A stretch of DNA of 37,598 bases, taken from contig DASXQR010000072.1 in assembly GCA_036507075.1 (NCBI GenBank), positions 1 through 37,598 of the forward strand, written 5' to 3'. The notes below the pieces were generated by a model that worked only from the letters and a program-made list of their open reading frames with translations, was not told where the DNA came from and ran no database searches. The position numbers were made by a program, and so were the translations under genes. How positions within the stretch are numbered: position 1 is the stretch's first letter; each line of letters opens with the position of its first letter. Shown here in pieces: positions 1-9,206 of this stretch. Source of the stretch: Acidobacteriota bacterium. Lineage in GTDB: Bacteria > Acidobacteriota > UBA6911 > JACQSX01.

Positions 1-25
1 CGCTCCCTTACGGTCGCGGTACTGA
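1..25. repeat. Truncated REP-like arm (CGCTCCCTTACGGTCGCGGTACTGA), related to the arms of the elements at 14003-14131 and 25046-25177
   Basis: Shares the ACGG..GCGGTACTGA end with those elements; cut by the window edge. Confidence 0.55.
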
Positions 26-86
26 TTTCTTCTCACGTTCCAAGCCTGGTGGCGTAAGGCGTTAGCGATTCACATGTTACAGTCCA

Positions 87-2147
87 TTAATCCTTCTTCC
101 GGAACAATACCCAACTGGTCTCAAATCTCGCGCGGCGCGTCGGCTCTGAGGTAATTCGCAGGCGGGGATTGCGGTCCTGACGCTCGCCTTGTTCGATGCT
201 GCCGGGCCTGCCCGGGGCCATGACGATATTGTGCTCCGCGCTTATCTCGAATTTTTCGGGACCGTGAATCGTGACCGCCGCAGCAGTCTGGTCGTTTCGG
301 ATTTCGAAGGTGCGCGCATCCAGGACCTTCAAAGATTGATCGGCCTGGAAGATAAGCGAAAATGTCATCGGCTCGCTCGAGCTGACTGAATCTGTAATCA
401 CCAGGAACGGCCGGCTCTGATCCTTGCGGGCCCCTTGCGCCTGAGTCTGATTGTTCCCCCTGCCGGCACCGCTGGTAAAAGATCCAGAAGCCTGGGCTCT
501 TTCGATTTGGATCCGCCTGCGGAAAGTTTGCAATCCGAATTTCGGGCTGTAAGCGGGGCCTGCTTCGCCTTCCACCTCCATCGAATCCGCGCCCGGCTTG
601 AAGTCGACAATTCGGATCTGATCGAGGCGGTCGTAGGGGATGTCCGCGAACACCTCGTGGCGGCCGTCGCGTTCCTGGCCGGCGTTGTCCACCAGCAGCG
701 TGTTGTGATGCGCTGTCATTGTAATGCCGCTGTAGCCGGTGTCTCCGCTGAGGTACTTGCCGCCAGCAAAAAGGATGAATGAATTGGCGTCCGGATGCGC
801 GTGTCCGGTGCTCAGCTCCCACTCAGGGATTGACTTCAGCAACGCGGCGGCGTGATGTCCTTCAGGCGGGCCGCACTTGAACGCGATGGCGGTGGCGTTT
901 TCGTCCCAGCCGGTGCGCCAGAATACAACGCCGGCGTTTTCAAAATGGCGCCACAGCGGGACTCTGTCAAGCGGCAGCACGGAAACGGATGGATCGTACC
1001 AAAGGAACGTCCAGATATCCTCCATGTTCATGTGCCGATGCGAGCGAGCAAATTGCGCCGCTGTCTGCGCGTAAGGATCCTTAAAGCGAGCCGCAAAGCG
1101 GTACAAGAGGTGATAGTTGGAATGAAGCCTTCCTCCCGGTGATGCTCTTTCCGCCTCCGGACCGATACCGGCGCGCGTGGAAGGCCCTTCAAAAACGTCG
1201 CCGAAATCAAAGATGTAACGCGCGCCGGGAAGCATCGAGTGCATGAAGTATCCGGCGGCGTTCCGAAGTCCCAGCTGATCGTACAAGTCTTCGCCGGTGG
1301 CGCTCTTCAACGCATCCAGATAATGCACGATCCAAGGCATTGAGAACACCCAGTATTCGAAGCCTTCATAGTAGTAACCATCGGGCGCGAGAGTCTGTAG
1401 CACGCGGTCATAGACGGCATGCGAAAGGCGAGCCCATTTTTCAGCCTCGGGAACTTCATCCATCAGGGCCAGCGACGCCACCATCAGACCCGTCATCGGG
1501 ATGAAAGTATGATTCTGGCTGAAGGCATACCGTTTGCCCGGCTTGTATGCCTGATAGTCGTAAAGCAGTCGAGACTGGAGAACGAGCTTTTCGCGAATCT
1601 GCCGCCTTTCGTCAGCCGTGAGCCGGTCGTAAAGAAGATCGTAGGACCATCCGATGGCATAAAGAAGATGCCCCGCCGCCAGGTCCACGTTTGGCTTGTT
1701 GAACGTATATCCCCAGGGATCATAACGGCAGGCGGCCAGGATCCATTTTTTGGCGGCCTGGAGGTATTCAGGCCTTTGCTCGATGGCGTACGCAAGGCTG
1801 ATCTGTGCGATGGCATGGGCCACGTCGTTTTGGGAGCGTCGCCCCTGGGGCGTAGGCGGAGGGGGATCCTGGCGCATGGCAGTCAGGTTCTCGATGGCTT
1901 CACTCCATAATTGTTTTCGTTCTCCCCTGGCCAAGGCGCGCAATCGCGGCAGGTCGGACGGCGGAAAAAAAACGCGCGGGTGAACGCCATGCCATCGCCG
2001 GTCAAGTCGAACCGGCTTTTGCAGCAGCGTCTGGAAGTCGGCTTGAGCCGCATTGGAAGCTTGGTGTCCTGGCGGTAAAAGAAATTGCACCACCAAGACA
2101 CCAAGCCAAACCTTCCAACTGCGTGCCAAAGACCATCTGAAGGACAT
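87..2147 (-). CDS. DUF4962 / heparinase II-III family polysaccharide lyase (oligo-uronate lyase), probably exported
   Basis: Motifs HPRVFF, SQNHT, YYEGFEYW, DFGD, GHAHPDANSF, HNTLLVD typical of heparinase II/III-fold lyases; ATG at 2147 chosen because the upstream in-frame part is AATGAC repeat; hydrophobic N-terminus. Confidence 0.85.
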   Translation of the reverse strand: MSFRWSLARSWKVWLGVLVVQFLLPPGHQASNAAQADFQTLLQKPVRLDRRWHGVHPRVFFPPSDLPRLRALARGERKQLWSEAIENLTAMRQDPPPPTPQGRRSQNDVAHAIAQISLAYAIEQRPEYLQAAKKWILAACRYDPWGYTFNKPNVDLAAGHLLYAIGWSYDLLYDRLTADERRQIREKLVLQSRLLYDYQAYKPGKRYAFSQNHTFIPMTGLMVASLALMDEVPEAEKWARLSHAVYDRVLQTLAPDGYYYEGFEYWVFSMPWIVHYLDALKSATGEDLYDQLGLRNAAGYFMHSMLPGARYIFDFGDVFEGPSTRAGIGPEAERASPGGRLHSNYHLLYRFAARFKDPYAQTAAQFARSHRHMNMEDIWTFLWYDPSVSVLPLDRVPLWRHFENAGVVFWRTGWDENATAIAFKCGPPEGHHAAALLKSIPEWELSTGHAHPDANSFILFAGGKYLSGDTGYSGITMTAHHNTLLVDNAGQERDGRHEVFADIPYDRLDQIRIVDFKPGADSMEVEGEAGPAYSPKFGLQTFRRRIQIERAQASGSFTSGAGRGNNQTQAQGARKDQSRPFLVITDSVSSSEPMTFSLIFQADQSLKVLDARTFEIRNDQTAAAVTIHGPEKFEISAEHNIVMAPGRPGSIEQGERQDRNPRLRITSEPTRRARFETSWVLFRKKD
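2059..2106. repeat. ~50-bp hairpin element (CTTGGTG..CACCAAG family) inside the lyase N-terminal coding region
   Basis: Reverse complement GCTTGGTGTCTTGGTGGTGCAATTTCTTTTACCGCCAGGACACCAAGC aligns with intergenic copies at 10819-10866 and 26463-26510. Confidence 0.8.
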
Positions 2148-2158
2148 ATTGTTAGCGC

Positions 2159-2200
2159 AAATGACAAATGACCAATGACGGTTACCGACGGCCAATGGTC
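2159..2200. repeat. Degenerate heptamer tandem repeat (AATGAC[A/C])
   Basis: AAATGACAAATGACCAATGAC...CCAATGG. Confidence 0.65.
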
Positions 2201-2254
2201 GACGCTACGAGGGTCCGCTTGCTTACGGGTGTGTTGCCCAAATCGAAGCCGGCC

Positions 2255-2288
2255 GGAGACGGACACGTTGCATAATGTCGCCGTCTCC
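2255..2288. repeat. GAGACG..CGTCTC REP-like hairpin
   Basis: GGAGACGG...CCGTCTCC stem; same core as the hairpins at 22777-22859. Confidence 0.5.
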
Positions 2289-2322
2289 ATTCTGTTCGCG
2301 CCTCGGCTCTAGGCAACCTCAA

Positions 2323-3609
2323 TCAGGCTCGCCATCCCGTCGCCCCTAGTGGAAGAATCTTCTGCGGCACCGGCTCAATCTTGCCCACCAATGACGCCAG
2401 AGCAACCGCTCCCAGCGGACCCATTATTCCGGCGGCAATAAAAATCGGCGCATAAGAGAACCGGTCCACGACCGGCCCGGTCGCCAGTGTGAACAACATT
2501 GCGCCAATGCCGGCTCCAAAGCCCCCGATTCCGGCCACCGAACCCACCCAGCGCGATGGAAACAAATCGGAAGGCAGCGTAATGACGTTGATGATCCAGC
2601 TTTGGAACGCAAACGTTACAACACAAATCAGCGCAATGGCCGCCACCGGACTCTCGACCTTGGTGGCGGCGATTCCAGCCGACATCAGAGCGGCGCTTGG
2701 GTACATCACCACCTTGCGCGCAGCGCTGACATTCCAGCCCCGCTTGATCAGGTAACTGGATATCCCTCCGCCAAGCATATTGCCGATGTCGGCGAAGAGA
2801 AACGGAACCCAGGCAAAGTAACCGATTTCCTTCAAGCTAAATCCGCGTGCGTCGTGAAGGTATCCCGGCAGCCAGACAATATAGAGCCACCAGATTGGAT
2901 CCGTCAGAAAACGGCACAGGATCAACCCCCAGACCTGCCGGCAGCGGAATAATTCGCTCCATCCCGCGCTCTGGTCTGAGTCGACAATCTCGGCACGCCC
3001 TGCAGCAATCAACTCACGCTCCTGCGCGCTCAGCCATGGATGGTTCTGCGCCGGACGATAGACAAACAGCCATACCAGAAGCCAGAGGAAGCCCAGCGTG
3101 CCGGTGATCAGAAATGCGGTTTGCCAGCCGTGTCGAAGCGTAATCGCCACCACCAGCGGAGGGGCAAAAACAGCGCCCAGCACGGCGCCCCCATTGAAGA
3201 TGGACATGGCGAACGCGCGCTCACGCGCCGGGAACCATTCAGCGATCGCCTTGGCTGCGGCGGGCCAGTTACCCGCCTCTCCCAAGCCGAGCAGCAGGCG
3301 AAAACCGCCCAGGCTGAAAGTCGATCGCGCCCAGGCATGAAGCATCGCAGCAACCGACCAGAATGTGATGAAGAAGGAAAAGCCGAGGCGCGTGCCGATC
3401 CGGTCCACGATTTTACCGGAGAGCAACTGGCTGATGGTGTAGCCGAGCAGAAAAAGCGTGGCCACATTCCCGAAATCGGTGTTGCTCATGTGCAGGTCCT
3501 TGCGGATCGCGGGAGCGACCACGGCCAGCGCCTGGCGATCGATGTAGTTGATCACGGTGGCGAGAAAAATGAGACCGGCAACGTACCAGCGGAAATGTCT
3601 GATGATCAT
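2323..3609 (-). CDS. MFS transporter, ExuT/ACS hexuronate transporter-like
   Basis: INYIDRQAL, GKIVDRIGTR (motif A), LGLGEAGNWP, EWFPARERA, DPIWWLY..WLP; about 12 hydrophobic segments. Confidence 0.9.
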   Translation of the reverse strand: MIIRHFRWYVAGLIFLATVINYIDRQALAVVAPAIRKDLHMSNTDFGNVATLFLLGYTISQLLSGKIVDRIGTRLGFSFFITFWSVAAMLHAWARSTFSLGGFRLLLGLGEAGNWPAAAKAIAEWFPARERAFAMSIFNGGAVLGAVFAPPLVVAITLRHGWQTAFLITGTLGFLWLLVWLFVYRPAQNHPWLSAQERELIAAGRAEIVDSDQSAGWSELFRCRQVWGLILCRFLTDPIWWLYIVWLPGYLHDARGFSLKEIGYFAWVPFLFADIGNMLGGGISSYLIKRGWNVSAARKVVMYPSAALMSAGIAATKVESPVAAIALICVVTFAFQSWIINVITLPSDLFPSRWVGSVAGIGGFGAGIGAMLFTLATGPVVDRFSYAPIFIAAGIMGPLGAVALASLVGKIEPVPQKILPLGATGWRA

Positions 3610-3617
3610 CGAGAAAA

Positions 3618-3790
3618 CTTAACCGCCAAGAACACCAAGAACGCCAAGAGAGCGCCAAGGACGGGGGCTGAAACTTGAAGCATGAAACTTATCAACCGCG
3701 TCAAACGTATGCACAGTGCCTTCATGCTTCAAGTTTCAGCCCCCGTCCTTGGCGCTTTTCTTAGCGCTCTTGGCGTTCTTGGCGGTGAAG
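3618..3790. repeat. 173-bp foldback element with nonamer (ACGCCAAGA-type) outer arms and a 36-bp perfect inner inverted repeat
   Basis: 3651-3686 is the exact reverse complement of 3721-3756; outer CTTAACCGCCAAGAAC / GTTCTTGGCGGTGAAG. Confidence 0.9.
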
Positions 3791-3810
3791 ATTTGTGACT
3801 TGCCGTTTCT

Positions 3811-6800
3811 TCAAAATAAAAACTTCAACGCAAACTGGAATTCCCGGCCTTCATTTGCCGTCTGGGTCACCTGCCCAACGTTGGAACGGTCAAGAAGAAA
3901 TACCGGAACCTGGAAGTTGGGATGGTTGAAGGCATTGAAGGCTTCGGCCCGAAACTGGAGCTGGAGCCCCTCGGTGATCCGGAAATTCTTGTGCAGCGAA
4001 AGATCAACGCTCTTGAAAGAGGGGCCGATAAGAATATTGCGGCCGGCGTTGCCGAAAAGATCAGGATCCCTGACACTCGCCACGGGCCGCGCAAAGGCGC
4101 CCGGATTAAAGAACAGTCCCGGCGGCACGCCTTTGGCCGGATCTCCTGCCAAGTCGGGTCGCTGCTGCGCGACGTCAGCGGCGTTGTACTGGGGGGTAAA
4201 CGGCCGGCCGGAAAGCAGCGTGATGATGCCATTGGCCTTCCAGCCACTCAACAAACCCTCCGCCAGCGCTCCCGATCCCGACAAATAACGGCGCCCGCGT
4301 CCGAAAGGAAGCTCATAATTGAAGCTCCCGGCAAACTGATGCGCGCGATGAAAATCGGAAAGCGCGCGCTCCGCTCTGAAATTCCTCGTGTCCTGAGGAA
4401 ACTTCTGCGTTCCGGTCGTCGAGTTGTTGGTGGATGATGCCGTGTCGATGGCGCGCGAGAAGGTGTAGGAAGCAAGCAGCGTCAGGCCTCCCCTGGATCG
4501 GCGCCGCAGCGACGCCTGAAGAGCGTTGTAATTTGAACTGGCGATCTGTTCCTGAAATTGAATATCGCCAAATTGAGGGTAACGACGCACCGTTCTGACA
4601 GCCCCGTTGGCATCCAGCCCGATGGGAAGAGGCTGATTCAGATTGTAGCGAATGCCCAGGAAACGACCCTGCGAACCGACGTAGCCGGCTTCGAGCGCAA
4701 GATCCGGTACCAGCTCGCGCTCCATGGTCAGATTGTACTGATAGAACTCGGGCGTTCTGTACCGGACCTGCAGTCCGAACGGAGTGTTCAAACCCTGAAC
4801 ACCCCCTCTTCCTTCCGGAAAGGGGTTGCTCAGCGTCAGCAATCCGGGATTGCTGGACAACCGGGAGTACTGTTCCCTCACTACGAAGGGAAAGGTGACG
4901 GCCAACTGCTGGCGAATCGGGTTGAATGTTTCCATACTGAAATAAATCCCGGCGCCGCCTCGAATCACGGTCCGGTCGCCGGCAAACGGTCGCAGCGCGA
5001 AGCCTGCGCGAGGGCCAAAATTGTTCCTGTCCGCTTCTACCAGGGATCGTGGATAGCCGGGATTTCCCGATTGCACCACCCCGTTCCGGAATGAAATTGG
5101 CAAGCCTGCCCGTGGCTTCGCTGAGCGGAGTCTGAAGCTCGTAGCGTAAACCAAGATTCAGGGTCAGGCGCGGATGGACCCGCCAGTCATTCTGAAGGAA
5201 GATTGCATACTGATAACCAGTGAGGTCTGCCGGTTCGGCACCGATCTGACGCTGCGTGGCATCGGGTAGTCCCAGCAAAAAATCGGCAAAGGAACGAAAT
5301 CCGCTCGAGGCTGAACCCGCGGGATTTGTGTTCCGTCCTCGAAACCGAAAATCACCGCGCACATTCCGGACGTCGCGTTCGTTGTAAGACGAACGAATCA
5401 CATCGGCTCCCATCTTCAGATTTTGATTTCCGGCCACCCAGTTGACCATTCCAAAGAACTGCAGGTTCGACAGATCGTAGATGAAAGGATCGTTGGGCCG
5501 ATCTCCGAATTCCGAATACCCGTCGATTCGGATGGCGGGAAAGCCCTGCATGTCGGCTGACGGGCTCAGTCCCGGAATACCGAACTGCGAGATGTAATCT
5601 GTATTGCGGTTCTCTCCCAGGTTTTGGTTGCGCTGGTCGTAGAGACCGACGCGGCCCTCCAGGATCAGATTCGGCCTGAACGTGTGCGTGTCGCTGGCCA
5701 CCAGTGAATCGAGGCGCCGCTTCTGATCGCGGCCAAAACCAGGGTAGAAGTTTCTGGCCGACGGGAAGGGATCAAAACCGGCTGCCTTTTCACGGGCCCA
5801 GCGCGCGTAGAAATTGTCGCTGGCGCCGATTCTGTGATCTACCTTTGCCATGACCTGGTTACGTTCCGACCGGTCCCGGCCGCTGGCAAAGTAATCTTCC
5901 AGGCTTCCCGGGACATTCGAAGAAGGAATGAAAGGAAGGATCTTCTTAGAAATCGCATGCACCATGGAAGCCGGAATCACGTTGGGCACAGGGAATTCCC
6001 TTCTCGTGAACGGATCGATGATTCGATTGAGATCATCGGCGTTTCCCGGAATCCCGTCCGGTCCGGGCTGGCGCACATTGCGAAAATCGCCGGCGAGCCA
6101 TGAAGCGTGCGGCGCAGTATTCAAGGCGGACTCTGAGCGACGCTCGCGGGTTCCTTCATAGCTGCCAAAAAAGAACGTCCGCTCGCGCAGCACGGGGCCG
6201 CCGATGCTGCCTCCGAATTGATTGCGGCGCAGCGATTTGTGTTCGCCGGGCGCGGTAAAAAAATTATTGGCGTCGAAAATGTCATTGCGCAGGAATTCAA
6301 AAAGCGTGCCGCGGAACCGGTTGGTGCCCGACTTGGAAACCACATTGATCTGCGCTCCGGCAGTGCGGCCGTATTCCGCTGAAAAAGTGGATGTCTGTAC
6401 GTTGAATTCACGAATAGAATCAACCGAAGTGTTTACTCCCACCGACGCATTACGGTCGGAACGGTTCACCACTCCATCCAGGATGAAGTTGGAGGCGTCG
6501 GTGCGAGTGCCCGCCGTGGCCAATCCTTCCCCCTGATCATCCTCGGCGGGACGGCGATACATCCCCGGAACAAGCAGTGCCAGGTCGGTAAAATTTCTCC
6601 CGTTCAAGGGCAGATCCTGCAACTGTGCGGCCGTGACGACTTCTCCCTTGCTTGAAGTGTCAGTGTTAAGAAGCGGGGCTTCAGCGGTGACATTCACCGT
6701 TTCATTCACCTCGCCAATCTGCAGCGTGAGACTGACTCTCTTGGTCTGGTCGGTTTCCAGTACCAGTCCGGTCTGGGTGACTTTCTTAAAGCCGGGAGCC

Positions 6801-7039
6801 TCCACATTGAGCTGATATCGCCCGGGAGCAACCTGCGGAACGGTAAAGCTGCCGTCATCGATCGTCAGAGTGGCAAAACTGCGGCCGGTCCCTTCCTCGA
6901 TCAGCGTGATGGACGCCCCGGGGATACTGGCGCCGCTGGCGTCATTGATTTGTCCCACCAGTGTGGCCTTGAAGCTCTGGGCGGAAGTAAATGGAATCAC
7001 CACAAAGGCACAAAGAACACAAAGTATTCGATGTCTCAT
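3811..7039 (-). pseudogene. TonB-dependent receptor with N-terminal carboxypeptidase-regulatory-like domain, interrupted by one frameshift near 5079-5090 (true pseudogene or sequence error)
   Basis: 5' ORF has LPLNGRNF, FSAEYGR, KSGTN, RRNQFGGS, QNDWRV..TLNLGLRYE; the 3' ORF in another frame continues DRNNFGPRAGFA...QFRAEAFNAFNHPNF...REFQFALKFLF; ATG 7039 follows GAGGA. Confidence 0.85.
6996..7024. repeat. Nonamer repeat (CACAAAGGCACAAAGAACACAAAG) within the receptor signal-peptide coding region
   Basis: ACCACAAAGGCACAAAGAA at 6999-7017 is identical to 22122-22140, the arm of an intergenic foldback element. Confidence 0.7.
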
Positions 7040-7052
7040 GATCCTCACCCTC

Positions 7053-7113
7053 TAACTCGCCAACCCGTAACTCGCTGTAACTCTCAACTCGTAAACTCGT
7101 AAACTCGCAACTC
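7053..7113. repeat. Degenerate 7/8-mer tandem array (AACTCGT/AAACTCGT) filling the SDR-receptor gap
   Basis: TAACTCGCCAACCCGTAACTCG...AACTCGTAAACTCGTAAACTCGCAACTC; same unit family as 16470-16566. Confidence 0.8.
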
Positions 7114-7114
7114 A

Positions 7115-7897
7115 TCAGAGCATCAACATTCCGCCATTAATCTCCAGTGTCTCACCCGCGATGTAGCTGGAGGCCTCGCTGGCCAGGAAAAAGATGGCGC
7201 GGGCGACTTCTTCCGAAGTTCCAATTCTGGAAAGCGGAATCATCTTGACGTAGTTTTCCATTGCTTCGGGTGTGGAGAACATTTCATGAAACGGCGTGTC
7301 GATCACTCCGGGGGAGACGGCATTGACCCGAATATTGAAAGGAGCCAGCTCTTTGGCGATGCCTTTGGTCAGTGTGATAACAGCGCCCTTGGCGGCTGCG
7401 TAGTGTGTGGAGCCGAGTGCCCCGCCGTTTCTTCCGGCAATGGAAGAAACGTTTACGATTACTCCCGAGCGGCGCTCCATCATCCCGGCCGCCACCGCCT
7501 GGCAGCACAGGAAGACACTCTTGAGGTTCAGATTCATCACCACGTCCCAGTCCTGTTCGGAAATCTCCAGCAGCCGCCGGCGTTTGACAAGTGAACCCGC
7601 ATTGTTGATCAGAATATCAATCGGACCAAGCCCGTCGCGCACCTGGCCGACAACCGTGCGGACCTGTTTTGGATCGGACAGATCGGCTCTGATGGCCAGT
7701 GTCTCAACGTTCTGCCGGCTCATTGACTGGATGCATTTTTCGGCGCCGCTGTTGTTGTTCAGGTAAGTGATGGCGACGTTGGCTCCTGCCGCCGCTAGAA
7801 GATGTGCCGTGGCGAAGCCGATTCCGCTGCTGGCTCCCGTCACCAGCGCCGTCTTCCCTTTCAGACCTGTACTTCCATTTCGATTTCCGGAAATCAT
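7115..7897 (-). CDS. SDR family NAD(P)-dependent oxidoreductase, resembling alginate-pathway DEH reductases
   Basis: TGASSGIG, NNAG, YAAAK; segments NNAGSLVKR, SSIAGRNGGALG, PGVIDTPFH resemble Sphingomonas A1-R/A1-R' type reductases (recalled, not aligned). Confidence 0.85.
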   Translation of the reverse strand: MISGNRNGSTGLKGKTALVTGASSGIGFATAHLLAAAGANVAITYLNNNSGAEKCIQSMSRQNVETLAIRADLSDPKQVRTVVGQVRDGLGPIDILINNAGSLVKRRRLLEISEQDWDVVMNLNLKSVFLCCQAVAAGMMERRSGVIVNVSSIAGRNGGALGSTHYAAAKGAVITLTKGIAKELAPFNIRVNAVSPGVIDTPFHEMFSTPEAMENYVKMIPLSRIGTSEEVARAIFFLASEASSYIAGETLEINGGMLML

Positions 7898-7938
7898 TTT
7901 TTCTCCTTGCTTGCATCTATGCCCAAGGCGCGCGTAAG

Positions 7939-8000
7939 TCCGGATTATTCACAAACCGGGAGAAGCAGCCGCCGATTTACGCGGACTACGCGGATTCACG
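7939..8000. mobile_element. Partial copy (left end) of the 30220-30418 MITE
   Basis: TAAG|TCCGGATTATTCACAAACCG...CAGCCGCCGATTTACGCGGA matches TTAG|CCCGGATTATGCATAAACTG...CAGCCGCCGATTTACGCGGA. Confidence 0.75.
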
Positions 8001-8013
8001 GTTAACGATAACA
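8000..8013. promoter_or_regulatory. Candidate LacI-family operator upstream of the SDR-receptor-MFS-lyase genes
   Basis: GGTTAACGATAACA: imperfect palindrome with central CG; on the minus strand CATGTTATCGTTAA versus CAGGTTATCGATAA at 9108-9121. Confidence 0.5.
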
Positions 8014-8029
8014 TGCCCCTTGGCGCTGC

Positions 8030-9106
8030 TCAATGGCTTTCCTGATTGATGGCTGGACCCACGGTGGATTCCCGTATTACCAGTGAGCAGTCCATCACGA
8101 TTTCCTGCCGCGGCAGCTCTTCGCTGGACTCGACTCTGGCCAGCAGTATCTCGGCGGCCCGCCGTCCCTGTTCTTCGATGGGTTGCTGGACGGTGGTCAG
8201 GGGAGGAGAAGTCAGCGCTGCCAGCGGCACGTCGTCAAATCCCACAATCGCCAGATCGCCCGGAATGCGCAGCCCGCGGTCTCGGGCCGCCTGAATTATT
8301 CCCAGGGCGGTCATGTCGTTGCGCGCAAACAGGGCTGTCGGTCGCTTCTTCATCGCCAGCAATCGCGACAGACCTTCGTAGCCGACCAATTGCGTGGAAT
8401 AGCCGGGTACCGGGTCCTGGCCGGGTCCGAGGATCCATTCCTCGCGCACGGGCAGTGAATGTTGTCTCATTGCATCCAGAAATCCCTGAAAACGCTGCAA
8501 ACCGGAGCCGTTCAGCAAAGAGACACCTACAAAGCCAATTTCTGTGTGACCCAGCGAAATCAGATGCTCGGTGGCCTGGCACCCGCCTTTCCAATGGTCG
8601 GCGGTAACCCGATCGATGTGAGGATGGTTCAGTTCTCGGTTTCCAATCTGAACGATCGGAAGATGATGGTCGGCCATAAAGAGGAGAGATTCATTGCCCG
8701 GCAAAGTCGCGCGCGTTGCGACGATGAGCCCGTCAACCCGGTGCTGGTAGAGAGCCTTCATCGAACTTTGCTCGTGAGCGGCGCTGTTTTCACTGAGACA
8801 GATAAAAGCGGTGTATCCTCGCGGGTCCAGCACCTGGCGCATTCCATGAGCCAGTTGCGCGGTGAAAGGGTTGGCAATGTCGGCCAGTAAGACGCCGACC
8901 GTTTTTGTGCGCCGTGTGCGGAGACTGCGCGCGAGCAGATTGGGACGGTAATCGAGCGCGTCGGCGGCAGCCCGCACCTTCTCCCTTGTTTCGCGACTCA
9001 CATATCCGGCTTCGTTGATGACGCGGGAAACCGTCATCGGCGTAACCCCGGCAATGCGGGCGATATCACGAAGGGTGGCGCGTCTATTCTCGGTTCTGGC
9101 GGCCAT
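8030..9106 (-). CDS. LacI family transcriptional regulator
   Basis: ATLRDIARIAGVTPMTVSRVIN helix-turn-helix, YRPNLLARSL hinge, IVGFDD, PPLTTVQQP. Confidence 0.95.
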   Translation of the reverse strand: MAARTENRRATLRDIARIAGVTPMTVSRVINEAGYVSRETREKVRAAADALDYRPNLLARSLRTRRTKTVGVLLADIANPFTAQLAHGMRQVLDPRGYTAFICLSENSAAHEQSSMKALYQHRVDGLIVATRATLPGNESLLFMADHHLPIVQIGNRELNHPHIDRVTADHWKGGCQATEHLISLGHTEIGFVGVSLLNGSGLQRFQGFLDAMRQHSLPVREEWILGPGQDPVPGYSTQLVGYEGLSRLLAMKKRPTALFARNDMTALGIIQAARDRGLRIPGDLAIVGFDDVPLAALTSPPLTTVQQPIEEQGRRAAEILLARVESSEELPRQEIVMDCSLVIRESTVGPAINQESH

Positions 9107-9121
9107 TTTATCGATAACCTG
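9107..9121. promoter_or_regulatory. Candidate LacI-family operator abutting the lacI start codon
   Basis: TTATCGATAA perfect 10-bp palindrome at 9108-9117, similar to 8000-8013. Confidence 0.5.
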
Positions 9122-9150
9122 TTAAATACTACCCGAAGGCGCCAGGAACA

Positions 9151-9164
9151 TGAAATCGATTTCA
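9151..9164. promoter_or_regulatory. Perfect 14-bp palindrome TGAAATCGATTTCA, LacI-family operator-like, in the divergent lacI/eda region
   Basis: Fits the TGnAAnCGnTTnCA pattern of LacI/GalR-family operators. Confidence 0.6.
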
Positions 9165-9206
9165 CATAATAGACAACCGCCGCCGGAATGTGTCAGATTG
9201 CCTTTT

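Noticed and set aside
4313..5078. C-terminal ~255 aa of the 911-aa ORF
   Set aside because: Arg/Ser-rich out-of-frame read-through after the frameshift
5070..5095. Programmed ribosomal frameshift in the receptor
   Set aside because: No X XXY YYZ slippery heptamer or long homopolymer at the junction
3811..5154. 447-aa ORF as an independent gene
   Set aside because: It is the C-terminal barrel of the frameshifted receptor; its first ~22 residues are out-of-frame sequence
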